DNA from: the human T2T-CHM13v2.0 reference genome, Homo sapiens
DNA: 64,000 nucleotides
NCBI RefSeq assembly: GCF_009914755.1
Contig: NC_060939.1
Reading direction: 5' to 3' (one strand)
Part shown: positions 1 to 14,455 of the stretch, piece after piece
How the letters are laid out: every line of letters begins with the position of its first letter
Numbering within the stretch: position 1 is the first letter of the stretch
Notes under the pieces: generated by a model
Database searches by the model: none
Seen by the model: the letters and a program-made list of their open reading frames with translations, nothing else
Told to the model about the DNA's origin: nothing
Made by a program: the position numbers and the translations under genes

Positions 1-537
1 CCCACAGGTAAGGTATTATGTATGATTTCCTTTGTGTGAAATCTATGGCTTTCTTTTGTAAAGTGAGAAAAAAACTATGAGAGGGAAATTAGTTAAAGAG
101 AATAAATGGGAAGCCTCTAGCATAGTTGACCACTGGAAAATTGCCATGCAAATCAATTCTAGGAAACTACACATTTGGGGGTTTAAGATTTGGAAATGGA
201 TTTTCTTAAAACTATTCCTGCCAGGGTGCCTAGTGGAAAGTGTAAATGGATCCTCAGGGGAAGGGATATTCCAGTATAAAGAACACTGAAGTAAGAAACC
301 TAAGACTAATTTTACCTATGAAATTTTTCTTATGTTGCTCTTTAGGCCTCTACTAAGTTACATCATCAGAAAACTACATGCATCCTCAGTGAGAAACATT
401 CCCACTGAGATATAAGGTAGTCTTGATATTTTTGAAGGCTGAAAGAGTGAAAAAAACATATGCCATTAGCTAGAAATAAGATTAACTCAAGACTGCACTT
501 GTGGGCCAATAGAAAAAAATTATTTCAAGATAACTTT

Positions 538-840
538 AGGGCTTCCAGTTTCTGGCCTGACACATAAGGACCTTAGAAGTTGCTGCTCCCTCATAATAAC
601 AAGTAAAAAGTTGAGGAAAAAAACTGAAAAAAGAAGTTAGATCTATAAGAGAAGTGAAATCACAAGGAAAAGCTCCCAAAATTAAAGAGATGGGCAAACG
701 GATACATAGAATCACAATTTAACTGGGGCAGAAATCTTCTTAAGGAACAATACCTGAGTAAGAAAACCTGAACTTTAATTGACGAATTTTTGGAGGCTCA
801 GAGTGGACAATTCTGAAAGTTAAAAATTTGAGAGGGAGTA
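538..840 (+). mobile_element. Old L1M (L1MC-type) 5' fragment
   Basis: Resembles the 5' region of old mammalian L1 elements; probably the host of the L1MA that follows. Subfamily from memory. Confidence 0.5.
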
Positions 841-3800
841 ATGTCAGACCTCAGCAGGATAGTAGAATAGGAGGTCCCAGGCTTCAATAACCCCTGAAGA
901 AATGCACAGACACCAAAACAAGGACACAAGGATTACAATGAGAAACTAAGAAAACTCCAAGACTGGGCCCTAAAGAAACAGAAATCTATGAAATTACAAG
1001 CAAATAATTTGAATCATCCTTGTAAAGAAATCCAATTAACTATAAGAATATACAGATTTTAAAAATAAACATTTGGAAAACAGTACACAAAGAAAATTAA
1101 AAGTTTGACCAAGACATATTAATAATAAAAAATGAAAAATCTAGGCATGAAGAACACAAGGCTAAACTGAAAAAAAAAATGCAATAGAAATATTTAATGG
1201 AAGGCTTAATAATCTGAAAAAAATAAGTGAGCTTGAAGACACAACATATGAAAGTATAGTCAGAGGAGCACAAAGAAAAAATAATAAGAAAGAATGAAGA
1301 AAGCCTACAGGAATTATGGGACATCATAAGGAGACCTAACTTCACATAATAGAAATTCTAGAAGGAAAAGAAAGAGAAAAAGGATCAGATAAAATATTTG
1401 AAGAAATTAATGACTTCCCTAATCTGGGGAAAGATGTCAACATCCCAGTACAGAAAGTACAGAGGCCCTCAAACAAATTTCAACTGTAAGAAATTTTACC
1501 AAGACATATAATAATCAAACTATCAAAAATCAAAGGCAAAGACAAAATTCTGAGAACAGCAATAGGTAAGAAACACATCACATACCAAAAGTCCCAATAC
1601 AACTATCCATGGTTTGCTCAACAGAAACCCTGCAGGCCACGAGACAGTTGGAGTATATATCAAAGCGCTGAAGGAAAAATAATTAACAGCCAAGAATATT
1701 TTACACAGCAAATCTGTTAATCATAAATGAGGGAGAAATAAAACCTTTCCCAGACACACAAAGACTAAGGGAATTTATTACCACCAGGCTTGCCTTATAG
1801 AAATTGTTAAAGAAAGTGCTTTTAGCAGAAGAAAATAAGACTAATAACAAAACTTATGAAAGACAAAACTTAATGGCATAAGACAGAGCTATATTAAGAT
1901 TACTCTAGGTCTATAACAGTGCTGTGTAAAGCAATTTTATCTATAGTGTGAAGGTTAAAATACAAAACTATTACCAACAACTATTGCTAAAATAAAGTGT
2001 CAAGGGATACGTATAATAAAATTATGTCAATTCTGACATCAAAATGTGCATGGGAGGAAAAAATCATACAGTGATATGTAAAGTTAAGCTGTTATCAGCT
2101 TGAAAAATACTATTATAAGTATGAGATGTTTTAATGTAAGCCTCATGATAATCACAAAGCAAAAATCTATGCTAGAAGCATGAAACAGAATTAGGAAGAG
2201 TTCAAAGCACACCATGACAGAAAACCATCAAACCACAAAGGAAGACAGCAAAAGAGGAAGAAAGAAATAAAGTATTTACAAATAAAACAGAAGACGGTTA
2301 ACAAAATGGCAGTAGACAGACTTTACCTATCAAATAATTACCTTGACTACAAATGGATTAAATTATCTAACAAAATGATAGAGTGATTGCATGGATAAAG
2401 AAATCAAGACCCAACTATATGCTGCCTATAAGAACCTTAGCTCACTTTTAAGGACAAAAATAGATAGAAAGAAAAGGGATATATTTCACACAAATGAAAA
2501 CCAAAAGAGAGCAGGGGTAGCTATGCTTATATCAGACAAAATTGTCATTACATCAAAATCTATAAGTAGAGATGAAGAGGGATATTATATAATAATAAAG
2601 GGGTCAGTTTATCAAGAGGATACAATAATTATAAATCTATGCACACCGAACATTGGAGCACCAAAATATAGATTACAATACAATAATAGTAGGGGGACTT
2701 CAGTATCCCACTTTCAACAACAGAGAGATAATCCAGGCAGAAAATTAATAAAGAAACATTATTATTTTCTTGAGACTTGGGAAACACTTTAGACCAAATG
2801 GACCTAATAGACATATGCAGAACATTCCCTCCAATAGTAACAGGATATCTGTTCTTCTTAAGCACACATGGCGCATTCTTCAGAATAGATTATATGTTAG
2901 GCCACAGTAGAAATCTTAGCAAATAGAAGAAGATTGAAATCATATAAAGTAGCTTTTTGACCACAATTTTATGAAACTAGATATTAATAACACATGAGAT
3001 TTAGGAAAACTCATAAATACATGAAAATTAAGGAACATGCTCCTAATCAACCAATGGGACAATAAAGAAATGAAAAGAAAAATTTCAACATATATTGAGA
3101 CAAATGAAAATGAAAACACAATATTTTAAAACTTATAGAATGCAGCAAAACTGTTTTAAGAGAAAGTTTACAGCAATACATACCTACATAAAAAAAAAGA
3201 TATAAAACAACTTAATGTTAAGCCCCAAGGAAACAAAGAAAGAACACACTAGGCCCAAAGTTAGCAGAGGAAATAAAAAAAAATAAAGACAAGAACAGAA
3301 ATGAATGAAACAAGGACTAGAAAAATAATATACATGATAAAGAGAACTAAGAGTTGTTTTTTGAAAAGATAAAATTGAAAAAGGAAGGAAGACTCAAATA
3401 AATAAAATCAGAAATGAAACAGAAGACATGATAACTCCTCTTATAATAGAAAAGAGCATAACAGACTATTATGAATAACTATATGCCAATAAATTGGATA
3501 ACCTGGAAAAAATGGGTAAATTTCTAGATACATACAATCTACCAAGACTGAATCATAAAGAAACAGAAAATCTGAATATACCAATAATAAGTAAGGAGAT
3601 TAAATCAGCAATAAAATGTCTTCCATCCAAGAAAAGCTTAGGACCCAATGCATTCACCATTGAATTCTAACAAACATTTAAAGAAGAACTAATACCAACA
3701 CTTCACAAACTGTTCCGAAAGAAGCAAAGTGGAGAGAATACATCCATACTCCTTCCACAAGGCCCCCGTTACCCTGGTACCAAAGGCAGACAAAAATATC

Positions 3801-4770
3801 ACAAGAAAACAAAATTACACAGCAATAACCTTGATGAAGACAAATGCAAAAATCCTCAAAAATAATAGCAAACTGAATTCAACAACACACTAAAATGATA
3901 ATTTGTCATGCTCAAGTGAGATTTATCCCTGGGATGCAAGGATGGTTCAATATATGCAAATTGTAAATGTGAAACATCACATTAACCATCTGATTCTCTC
4001 ATTAGATGCAGAAAAAGCATTTGACAAAATTAAACATCCTTTTATCATAAAAACATCCATGCATGCAAATTCTATTTTACATAGTATTGAAAGTCTGCCA
4101 GAGAAATTAGGCAAACAGAAATAAAAGGGCAAAACAAAAAGAACTAAAAGGAAAAAAATAAAAAAAAAATTCATATAGAATAAAGAAACACAGAATGTCC
4201 AAGGTAATCAGGAGCAAAAAGAACAAAGCTAGAGACATCACATTACCTAATTTCAAACTTTTCTACAAAGTAATAAGCAATTATGCCAGCACAATGCAAT
4301 ACTGGCATAAAAATAGATACTTCAACCAATGGAAAAGAATTGAGAGCTCGGAAATTAATCCACACACGTATGATCAATTGATTTCTGACTAAGGTGCCAA
4401 GAACGCACAATGGGAAAAGGACAGTGTCTTCAATAAATGATTTTGGAAAAACTAGATATCTATATGCAAAAGAATGAAATTGGACCCTTATCTCACACCA
4501 TATACAAAATCAATTCCAATTGAATTAAAGACTGAAATATAAGACATGAAACACTAAAACTATTAGAAGAAAACAGCAAAAAAAGACATGACATTGTTCT
4601 GGGTAATGATTTTTTAGATTTCACCCCAAAAGTACAGGCAACAAAAAGAAAAATAGACAAATGGGATTACAGCAACCCAGAAGTCTTCTGTACAACAAAG
4701 GAAACCATAAAGATAAAATTGGAAAATATTATGCTAAGCAACATAAGCCAGGCATGGAAAGACAAGTACC
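841..4770 (+). mobile_element. Degraded L1MA-type LINE-1 (ORF1 and ORF2 remnants, internal deletions)
   Basis: ORF-track remnants match L1 ORF2: NQKRAGVAMLISDK...EEGYYIIIKGS (endonuclease, 2391-2792), [16 protein letters not shown] (RT, 3903-4124), KKNKARDITLPNFKLFYK (4195-4392). A-rich + strand. Confidence 0.9.
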
Positions 4771-4787
4771 AACAGTTCTCAAAGATG

Positions 4788-4870
4788 TCAGATGATATTT
4801 CATTATTTCAATGTGGTTTTAACTTGCATTTTCCTCATGATTAGTGATATTGAGAATTTTTTAATATATC
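4788..4870 (-). mobile_element. Inverted L1 ORF2 fragment
   Basis: Reverse complement matches the [17 protein letters not shown] region of L1 ORF2, a part missing from the adjacent + strand copy. Confidence 0.65.
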
Positions 4871-4879
4871 AAAGATTTT

Positions 4880-7800
4880 TTTAATCTTAAAAGAAGCCAG
4901 AGGTAAAGAAAACAACTTACTTATGAGTTCAGCATTATCCTAATACCGAAACCAAAGATGTTACACAAAAACTAAAAATCAATATCTTTGGTTAACATAG
5001 GTACAAAAATCCTCATGACAATATTACCAAATTGAATCCAACAATGTATAAAAAGAATTATAGACCATGACCAAGTAGATTTTATCTCAGGTATGTAAAG
5101 CTTGTTTAACATTTGAAAGTCAGTTAATGTAATTCCTCATATCAACAAGCTACTGTGAAGAAAAATCACATGGTCATATCCATAGAAACAAAAAAAGACA
5201 GCATTTGATATATATTCAACTTCCAGTTTTTAAAAAAAAAGGAATATAGGAACTTTGTCAACTTGATAAAGAATATCTGCAGAAAACCTACAGCAAATAA
5301 CATACTTAATGGTGATAAACTCAAAGCTTTTCTGCTAAGGTCAGGAACAAAGCAATGATGTCCCCTCTTACAATATCATACTGAGGGTCCTAGCTAATAC
5401 AATCAGATAAAAAGGAAACAAAACATATAGATTGGGAAGGAAAAAATGAAACTGATTTTGTTCACTGATGACATGATCTACATAAAAAAATCTGAAAAAA
5501 ATTGACAAAAAAGCTTTGGGAACTAAAAAGTGATTACAGCAAGTTTACAGGCAGGATACAAGGTTAATACACAAAGGTCAGTCATTCTCCTATATACCAG
5601 CAATAAATAAATGGAATTTGAAATTAAAAACCTATTATTCTTTATATTAGCATCTTCAAAAATTAAATAGTTATAAGTCTAACACAATATGTGCAAGAGG
5701 TACATGAGGAAAGCTACAGAACTCTAATCAAAGAATAACTAAATAAATATATGCTCCATGTTCTTAGAAAGGAAGACCCAATATTGTTAAGATATCAGTT
5801 CTTTCCAACTTGGTTTATAGATTCAAATAGAGTCAATTTAATTCCAATTGAAATCCCAGTAACTTGTGTTTATATCAACAAACCAATTCTAAATTTTATG
5901 TGGAGAGTCAAAAGACCCAGAATAGTTAACTCAATATTGAAGGAGAAAAACAAAGTCAGAGGACTGAAACTACCCAACTTCAAGACCTACTATAAAGTTA
6001 CAGTAATCATGACATTGCAGTGTTGGTGAAACAGTAGACAAGTAGAACAGTAGCACAAAATGGGGAGCCCACAATTAGACCCACAGAAATATAGTCAACT
6101 AGTCTTTGACAAGTGAACAAAGTTAATAAAATGGGACAAAAATAGTCTTTTCAACAAATGATGCTGAAACAACTGAACATTCACATGCAAAAATAAAAAG
6201 AATCTAGACACAGATGTTAAGCCTTTCACCAATATTAACTCAAAATGAATAATAGAGCTAAAAGTAAAACATAAAACTATAAAATTTTTAGAAGACAACA
6301 CAGAAAAAAAGTCTAGGTGACATTGGGTATGTCAATGACTTTTGTGATACAATACCAAAGGCATGATCCATTAAATAAATAATTGATAATTTGGATTTCA
6401 TTAAAATTAAAAACTTCTGCTCTGCAAAAGACAATGTCAAGATAATGAGAGGACAAGCCATTGGCTGGGAGAAAATATTTGCAAAAACAAAACTCTTAGG
6501 AGGAGAAAAGAAGGAGGGAATGATGAGGAAAGAGGAAATATTTGAAGAGATAATGGCCAAGAATTTTTCCAAAATTAAGATGACGGTAATCCATAGACCC
6601 AAGAAGTACAATGAACCCCAACATAATAAATATTAAGAAAAACACTCTTAGAGATATAATAGTGAAAATGCTGAGATCTAAAGATAAACAGAAAATCTTG
6701 AGGGCAGCCATGGGTGAAGGGGAACATTGCAGTGGAACAAAGCTGAAATTATGCCTCAATGCATCTTTGAAACCCTGGTCACAGGAGCAGCTCTCACCTT
6801 TTATATCCTACTTAATACCTTAGGAGTTTCTAGTACACTATGAGGCTAAGTTGAACCTTGAGACACCAACGATTTTAGCACCACAGGAGTCACTGTTGAC
6901 AAACGTTTTCATCACTGGTATAAACTTCTATTTCCACTGGAATCACCTTCGTGTTTGTAAAATGCCTGTAATCCAGCAAAACCTATACAGAGCCTCAAGA
7001 GAATGAGAAAACAAACAAGATACTGGGAAAAAATATTTGCGAAAGACATATCTGATAAAGGACTGTGAGGCAAAATTTACCAAGAACACTTAAAACTCAA
7101 ATATAAGAAAACAAAATGGGCCAACGACCTTAACAGATACCTTACCAAAGATATACAGATAGCAAATAAACATGTGGAAAGATATTTTATGAGTCATCGG
7201 AGAAATGGAAATTAAAACAATGAGATACCACTACACACCTATTAGAATGGCCAAAATACAGAATACTAACAATACCAAATGCTGGTGAGGATGTGCAGCA
7301 GCAAGAACTCTCATTTATTGCCACTGACAATGCAAAATGGTCCAACCACTCTGAAAAACAGTTTCACAGTTTCTTACAAAACTAAGCATAGTCTTACCAT
7401 AGTATTCAGCAATCCCTGGACCCTGCTCCTTGGTATTTACACAAGGAGTTGAATGTCCACACAAAAACCTGCACAGGGATGTATCTAGCAGTTTTATTCT
7501 TAATTATTAGAACTTCCAGGCAACCAAAGCAAGATGTCCTTCAGTAGGTGAATGAATAAATAAATTAGGGTACTTCCAGACAATGGAATATTACTCAGTG
7601 TTAACAAAAATGAGCAATCAAACCATGAAAAGATGTGGGAAAAAAAACTAAATTCAGATTACTAAGTGAAAGAAGTCCATATGAAAAGGTAACACTATAT
7701 GATTCCAAATAGGTGACATTCTAAAAAAGACAAAACTATGGATATAGTAAGAAGATCAGTGGTTGCTGTAGTTACAGGGGAAAGAGAGATGAAGAGGGAG

Positions 7801-8112
7801 AGCCCAGAGTGTTTGTAGGGTAGTGAAACTATTACGTATGATACTACAGTGGTGGATACATGTCATTATATCTTTTTCAAAACCTGCAAAATGTGCACCA
7901 AGCGAGAACCGTAATGTAAACAGTGGACTTTGTGTGATAAGGATGTGTCAATGTAGATTCATCATTGTAACAAATGTATCCTGACTGTGGTTGCTGGTTG
8001 GGAAGAGTATGCATGATTGGGGTCAGTGGGTATGTGGAAACTCTCTGCATTTCCACTCAATTTTTCTGTGAATCTACATCTACTCTAAAAAGTAGTTCAT
8101 TAATTTTTAAAA
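4880..8112 (+). mobile_element. L1MC-type LINE-1 ORF2 and 3' UTR, interrupted at 6490-6994
   Basis: ORF2 remnants (ILKEKNKVRGLKLPNFKTYYK; DFIKIKNFCSAKD). L1MC1-like 3' end 'tttttctgtgaatctacatctactctaaaaagtagt' near 8090. Confidence 0.85.
6497..6760 (+). mobile_element. L1 ORF1-like fragment inside the L1MC ORF2
   Basis: Translates to EIFEEIMAKNFSK and RDIIVKMLRSKDKQKILRAA, both L1 ORF1p motifs. Confidence 0.75.
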
Positions 8113-8541
8113 CCAAGGGTATCTTGAGCATTTGCTGTAAAGTTGTTACTGGAAAAATTCACTTATGCTTCTTTTATTAAAGCCTCTTACATTAAATTCT
8201 TTAGTCATTTGTACTAGGAAAACTTTGTCAATATTCAATAACAAATATTTTTTATTTTGTTATGTAAAAAGGACTATATGACATTTTGTGATTCTACTTT
8301 TTCCTTGACTGTTAGTATACTCAGAGTCCAATTTGATGTTAATTCACTGTCTATATTCCTTAACTATAAAATACACTTACCTTATTTTATGGTTTTATAA
8401 CTGTTTCAGCAATCTTATTACCTATATGCAGTTTATTTAAATCATCTAAGTCTTTTCTTTCAAGATTTAGAGTATAGGTAGAAGGATGAATTACTTAAAA
8501 TATAAATAATTAAAATATCCACAGTCTAGCTATTTAGCTGG

Positions 8542-8941
8542 GGTGTTAGTTGTTCTTGAATTGCTACAAAGAAATACCTGAGACTGGATAATTTATAAGA
8601 AAAGAGGTTTAATTGGCTCAGAGTTCTGCAGAGTGTACAAGGAAGCATAGCACTGGCTTCTGAGGAGGCTTCTGGAAGCATACAATCATGGCAGAAATTG
8701 AAGCTGGAGCTTACACATCACATGGTGAAAGCAGAAGCAGGAGGGGTGAAGGGGAGGTGCCACTCACTTTTACACAACTAGATCTCATGAGAATTCACTC
8801 ATTATTGGAGGACAGCACCAAGCCATGAGGGATTGTCCCGCATGACCCAGACACCTCCCACCAGGCTCCAGGCTCCACCTACAACACTGGGGATTAAATT
8901 CAACATGAGATTTGGCAGGGACATATATTCAAACTGTATCA
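8542..8941 (-). mobile_element. MSTA/MSTB solo LTR (ERVL-MaLR)
   Basis: MST-type sequence (aagaggtttaattggctca...ttcaacatgagatttggcagggaca...actgtatca). 5-bp target-site duplication GCTGG at 8537-8541 and 8942-8946. Confidence 0.9.
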
Positions 8942-9072
8942 GCTGGAGAGGCTAAAATTTGTTCTCATGACAGTTACTTTCTGTTATGAAATTTGTAGTT
9001 TATCTTGTTTGTCAAATTATTGTGTATAGCTTTCATGTGCTTGTTAGATAAGCAGGAGACTGCTTTTCCATA

Positions 9073-9188
9073 TATGGCCAGCCCTCCATATCCATCCAGC
9101 TCTGCATACCAGGACTGGTGTTATTTTCCATTCTCAGTTGTTTGAATACATGGATGTGTAACTGGCTGATATAAAGAATTGACTGTAC
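9073..9188. mobile_element. MER2-like TcMar-Tigger MITE remnant
   Basis: Degenerate terminal inverted repeats (cagccctccatatcc ... gatataaagaattgactgta), ending in TA. Confidence 0.5.
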
Positions 9189-9322
9189 TTCATCTATAGA
9201 GTTGATGCTTTTCTGTAAGCTTATAACTTATCTAACCCTAGTTATAAACATCTACTGGTCTCTGATTGGAGCAGTTACCAGAACTGCTAACAGGACTCAG
9301 AGCAACAAGACTAAACACAGCT

Positions 9323-9356
9323 GCAAACAACAATGATAGAGAGGTCACATTGCCCT
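9323..9356. promoter_or_regulatory. Candidate ERE with adjacent FOXA and GATA motifs
   Basis: AGGTCAcatTGCCCT at 9342-9356 (one mismatch to AGGTCAnnnTGACCT), GCAAACA at 9323-9329, TGATAG at 9334-9339. Motif evidence only. Confidence 0.3.
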
Positions 9357-11338
9357 GCAACTATTTCCCACCAATATTGAAAGAAAAAGTCTGCTACCTT
9401 TGTCTAATTCACATGGTTGTCAAGGTGTGAAGTGATCATCTTTGGCATTATCCTTTATTAAGGATATATCATAATTTATTTCTTTTTAAAAATGTGAATT
9501 TGAAGACTCAAAAGCCCAAGGTAGACCCTTGAGTCTGTCATTCAGATCTCATCAATGGGTTCTCAAATTCCAGGTTCTACATTATGGCCCATTTGAAAAA
9601 TAGCTAGATATGTCAGATTAAATATCCATTCATAGTGTGTTTTAGGTAACAGGCTTTGAACCAGTCTAAATTCAGTAACTAATTATTTATTTTTCTAGTG
9701 TATTAACAGATTTCTGAATGGGTACTAATAGTACTAATTGGAAAACAGCTATTACCACATTTATTATGGTTCTAGTTGTGTATCTAACAAGAAAGATGGT
9801 TGGTTACAGATTGGGTATAAACCTACTCACTAAGAGCAACTTTATAGGGGAAAATATTTTTAATTTAGGTTAATAAGAAAATTAAAGACCTTGAATTTAG
9901 ACATAACTTGTGAAAAATAATTTTTTAATTGATAGATAACTCTGGGTTTTAAACCATTAGAGATCTGAGTTCAAATAAACAGAGGATTACAATTTACAAT
10001 ACAAGAATAAATGTGGTGTTAATTAGTGAGTTGGCTTACAGCCTACTCCCAGACTAATGTCCTGCTTATTTCTTTAGTCCTATTAGACATACTGTGCACA
10101 AAAATGCCTCAAAAAGTGTCGTAGCCTATATAGACCATATGATCTCAACTCTGCTCTAAAAAAGTGCCTGTGTACATGTGTGTATGTGAAAATATTGGAA
10201 GACCACACTGATATAAAATATTAGTGGGTAATAATACAGTAAATTTTTATTTTTTCTTTGTGCTTTTCTGTGTTTTACAAATGTGCTATGTATACATAAT
10301 TGTCATTTAACATCGAAGAATAAAAATAGATAAATATTTTTAAATAATGACAAGATTTTAACTGACAATTTTTTGTAGAAGTCAAAGGCATGGAATTGAC
10401 TGTAGTTTAAGTTCCAACTCTACCATTTGTGGCTATATGTTTCATAGGATGTTGCTTTATTACAATGTCCTTTTGCAATATTGGGAGGATGCATTGTAGG
10501 AGAAATGGCTGTGTGCCCCTTCAGGATCTTCTGTATGGAGTTTCAGTTCTGCAATGGGCTGCATGCTTATGGTTTACATATAAGATAAAGCATTTCATGC
10601 CCAACCTGTCCCCCTGTCTCTCCAGTCTCCTTGCTATTGATTTGGGTGTCCTTTCTCTAGAACAAGCAAAATATGCAATTATACCAATGAGCAGGAAAGT
10701 AATTAACTGGAAAAGAAATATGCCCAGAGTCCATTTTAGATGAAGATTTATCCCAAGAATTCAATTAGTTGAGAGTAACGAGGAAGGACATAAGTAGGCC
10801 TCTAGACAGTCTAATAAGGTAAAAACAGCCAGGACAACCCCCTTATAACACAATAGGAACAAATACAATTATGATAAAGTCATCCTGGGATACTCAAGTT
10901 TAGATGATAATTTTAGCAAGTCAAACTCTGGGGCCAGCTTTAAATCCTGCTAGGCCTGGGATATTTGAGAAGGTCCTGTCTCTAATCTCTGCCCCTGGTA
11001 ACAGATGTTACACTGTTAAACAAGTGCACTAATCTCCAGAGAGAACACAGAACAACCTCACAATATGAATACTGGCTCAGGTGCTCATGACTTGTATAAC
11101 AACGTAGACAATCAAATTCTTAAAAGTGTGTGTAAGAGTATAACTTTTCTAATTGATTTTCTCAAATCTGTTATCCATTCATTCATTTGTTCATTCATTC
11201 ATTTACTAAACCATGCATAGAACACTTTTCAGGTGTGAGGTACTATTGACAGTTTTGAGGAATAATTTTAGAAAGGCAAGAATTTTGAGTTTGGCAAATT
11301 TTGAATTTGAATTCTGGTTCCGACATAAACGAGTTTTA

Positions 11339-11487
11339 TGGGGCAGATCCAAGTTTGTGGACCCTGAAGTGTATATAACTTCTGGGGGCTTCTTTAAGAA
11401 AAAGAATATAAAATTTTGATGACAGGCTTATGCAATTGAGGATCACAGAAGCTTCAGCTTTATCAACTTCATAGAAATTCACCTCTG
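11339..11487. mobile_element. hAT-type MITE (MER96-like)
   Basis: TIR-like ends (gggcagatcc ... aaattcacctctg) and internal aagaaaaagaatataaaatt. Subfamily uncertain. Confidence 0.55.
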
Positions 11488-11499
11488 TAGTTGGGTTTG

Positions 11500-11678
11500 A
11501 CCTTGAGCTTCAGTGTGAGGTGACCTTAAACAAGTTATTTAACTTTCTTGAGACTGTTTTCTCCTATGTAAAATGAGGATTAAAAATGTCCCTTACATGA
11601 TTGTTGTGACAGTTAGATGGGACTATCAATGTATGTAAGTGCCTGGCACAGAGTGAACTCATGCTAAATGGTAGCTGA
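11500..11678 (+). mobile_element. MIR SINE
   Basis: MIR core gtgaccttaaacaagttatttaactttcttgagactgttttctcctatgtaaaatgaggat...gtgcctggcacagagt. Confidence 0.85.
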
Positions 11679-12489
11679 TGGTGCCGTCAGACAGCAGGCC
11701 CCATTGTCAGACTTCTAAGTAATTTATATAGACCACAGCAGTCAGTAGCTGCTTCCTATATTTTTCATCCTCCAGAAAAGTGCACATGCTCAGTTGATTT
11801 GCCAGAAGCCCAGACAAATGCTGGAATGACCAAGCAAGTTTAAACAATACAGCAACTCTCTGGAAAGGAATAGCAGAGTATACCTGGCTTTAGGGAGTCT
11901 TTACTGCTTAGTTAATTGGATTCACTGAACTGGCTTTCACAATGACGAAAAGCAAATGTTTAGGATAGAAAACTTTCCTCAGTGGAGCAGAGCACCAACA
12001 TTTCAAATAAACATTTTGATCAAACATTTCATCACATAGATCCTGTTTGCCCACAAAAACGCTTCTGCACCCATGTGCACTGGTTTTCTTCTTCCCAAAA
12101 TATTTGCTTGCCATTTTCTAGACAAAGAATGAGAGCATCCCCACCCCTGCCCCCAAAAAATAACACCCAAAATCTAAACAAAAAAACTTTTTCTTTTATT
12201 TTTTGTCTTTTTTTAACCATGAATTATCCAGACTCGCCATCATTGCTTAATAATGTTTTTAGTATTTATTTGATTAAGGCCAATGGTACATGATGAGAAA
12301 TATTTCACCCTGAGTATATAAAACACACTTTTAATTATGACCTCTGGTTTATTTTCTGACTTTCTTGCTTGAAACTCATGTCCTGTCTCCTTCCTCCAAT
12401 GCTCAGGCCCAAGTTCTGCATCCATATCTGCCCTTTTCATAGGTTTCATCGTCTTGATTCTCTTACCTATTCAATAAAACTACTTTCTA

Positions 12490-13570
<1,081 letters not shown>

Positions 13571-13929
13571 AGTCTTATAGGGAAATTGGACACATACGTA
13601 AATTACATGACTCTTAAAATACGCTGAGTGTATACATTGCACTAAGAATTCCTAAGCAAATTACATAAAGTGTGTTTAACCATTTATGAATGTGTTATTA
13701 ATATTTTATTATTCTATTCTTAATAGAACATGAAGCAAGAAAGCGTCACGGCAATTTTCAGAAAATCCGTAATTTTTACAAATTTTATACCCACAAGAAA
13801 GTTGCCAAGGTCTATTAATTTCTTGAGAAGTTGTTCATATATGAAATTTTAGTCCAGCCATTATACGAAGTAGGACTACAGCTTAATATTTTCCCATTTC
13901 TTTTCATTACAATGTTATTAGTGTGTTGA

Positions 13930-14455
13930 TTTTTAATTGTTTTATTAATTATTAAATATATGCAAAATTATATTTATAATATATTGAAGGCATAAACAAT
14001 AATAATAAAATGAGCAGCCATGTAATCCCCTATTCAGCTCTAGAAATGGAACATGACTAACACTTTGAAACCCCTGGGTGCTCCCCACTTATCCCATCCC
14101 ATCTTCCCTGCACCCACCTCACTCTCAGGTGACTTACAAATCTGTTTATTTGGAGTTAGTTGTCTTCTTATCTTTAATCTCCAGTTTAACTGCATATATA
14201 TCCTTAATCAATCATGATCATTTTGCATATAAATTAAAGCCTACTTGTGTACTCATGGATATTTATATTTTTTGCCAAACAATATATTCCTGAGATTCAT
14301 CCATGTTGATGTATACAGCTGTGTTCATTCTGTGACTCTGATGAGGAGTATTCATGAACATATCCTGATTTGTTTATTCATTCTCCTATTTCCTGGCCTA
14401 CTAGGAATATCCCTGCTTTAAACATTTTGGGGCATGTCTTCTAATGCATATGGTA
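13930..14455 (-). mobile_element. L1ME 3' fragment
   Basis: Antisense old-L1 3' signature (tgagattcatccatgttgatgtatacagctgtgttcatt). Confidence 0.65.
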
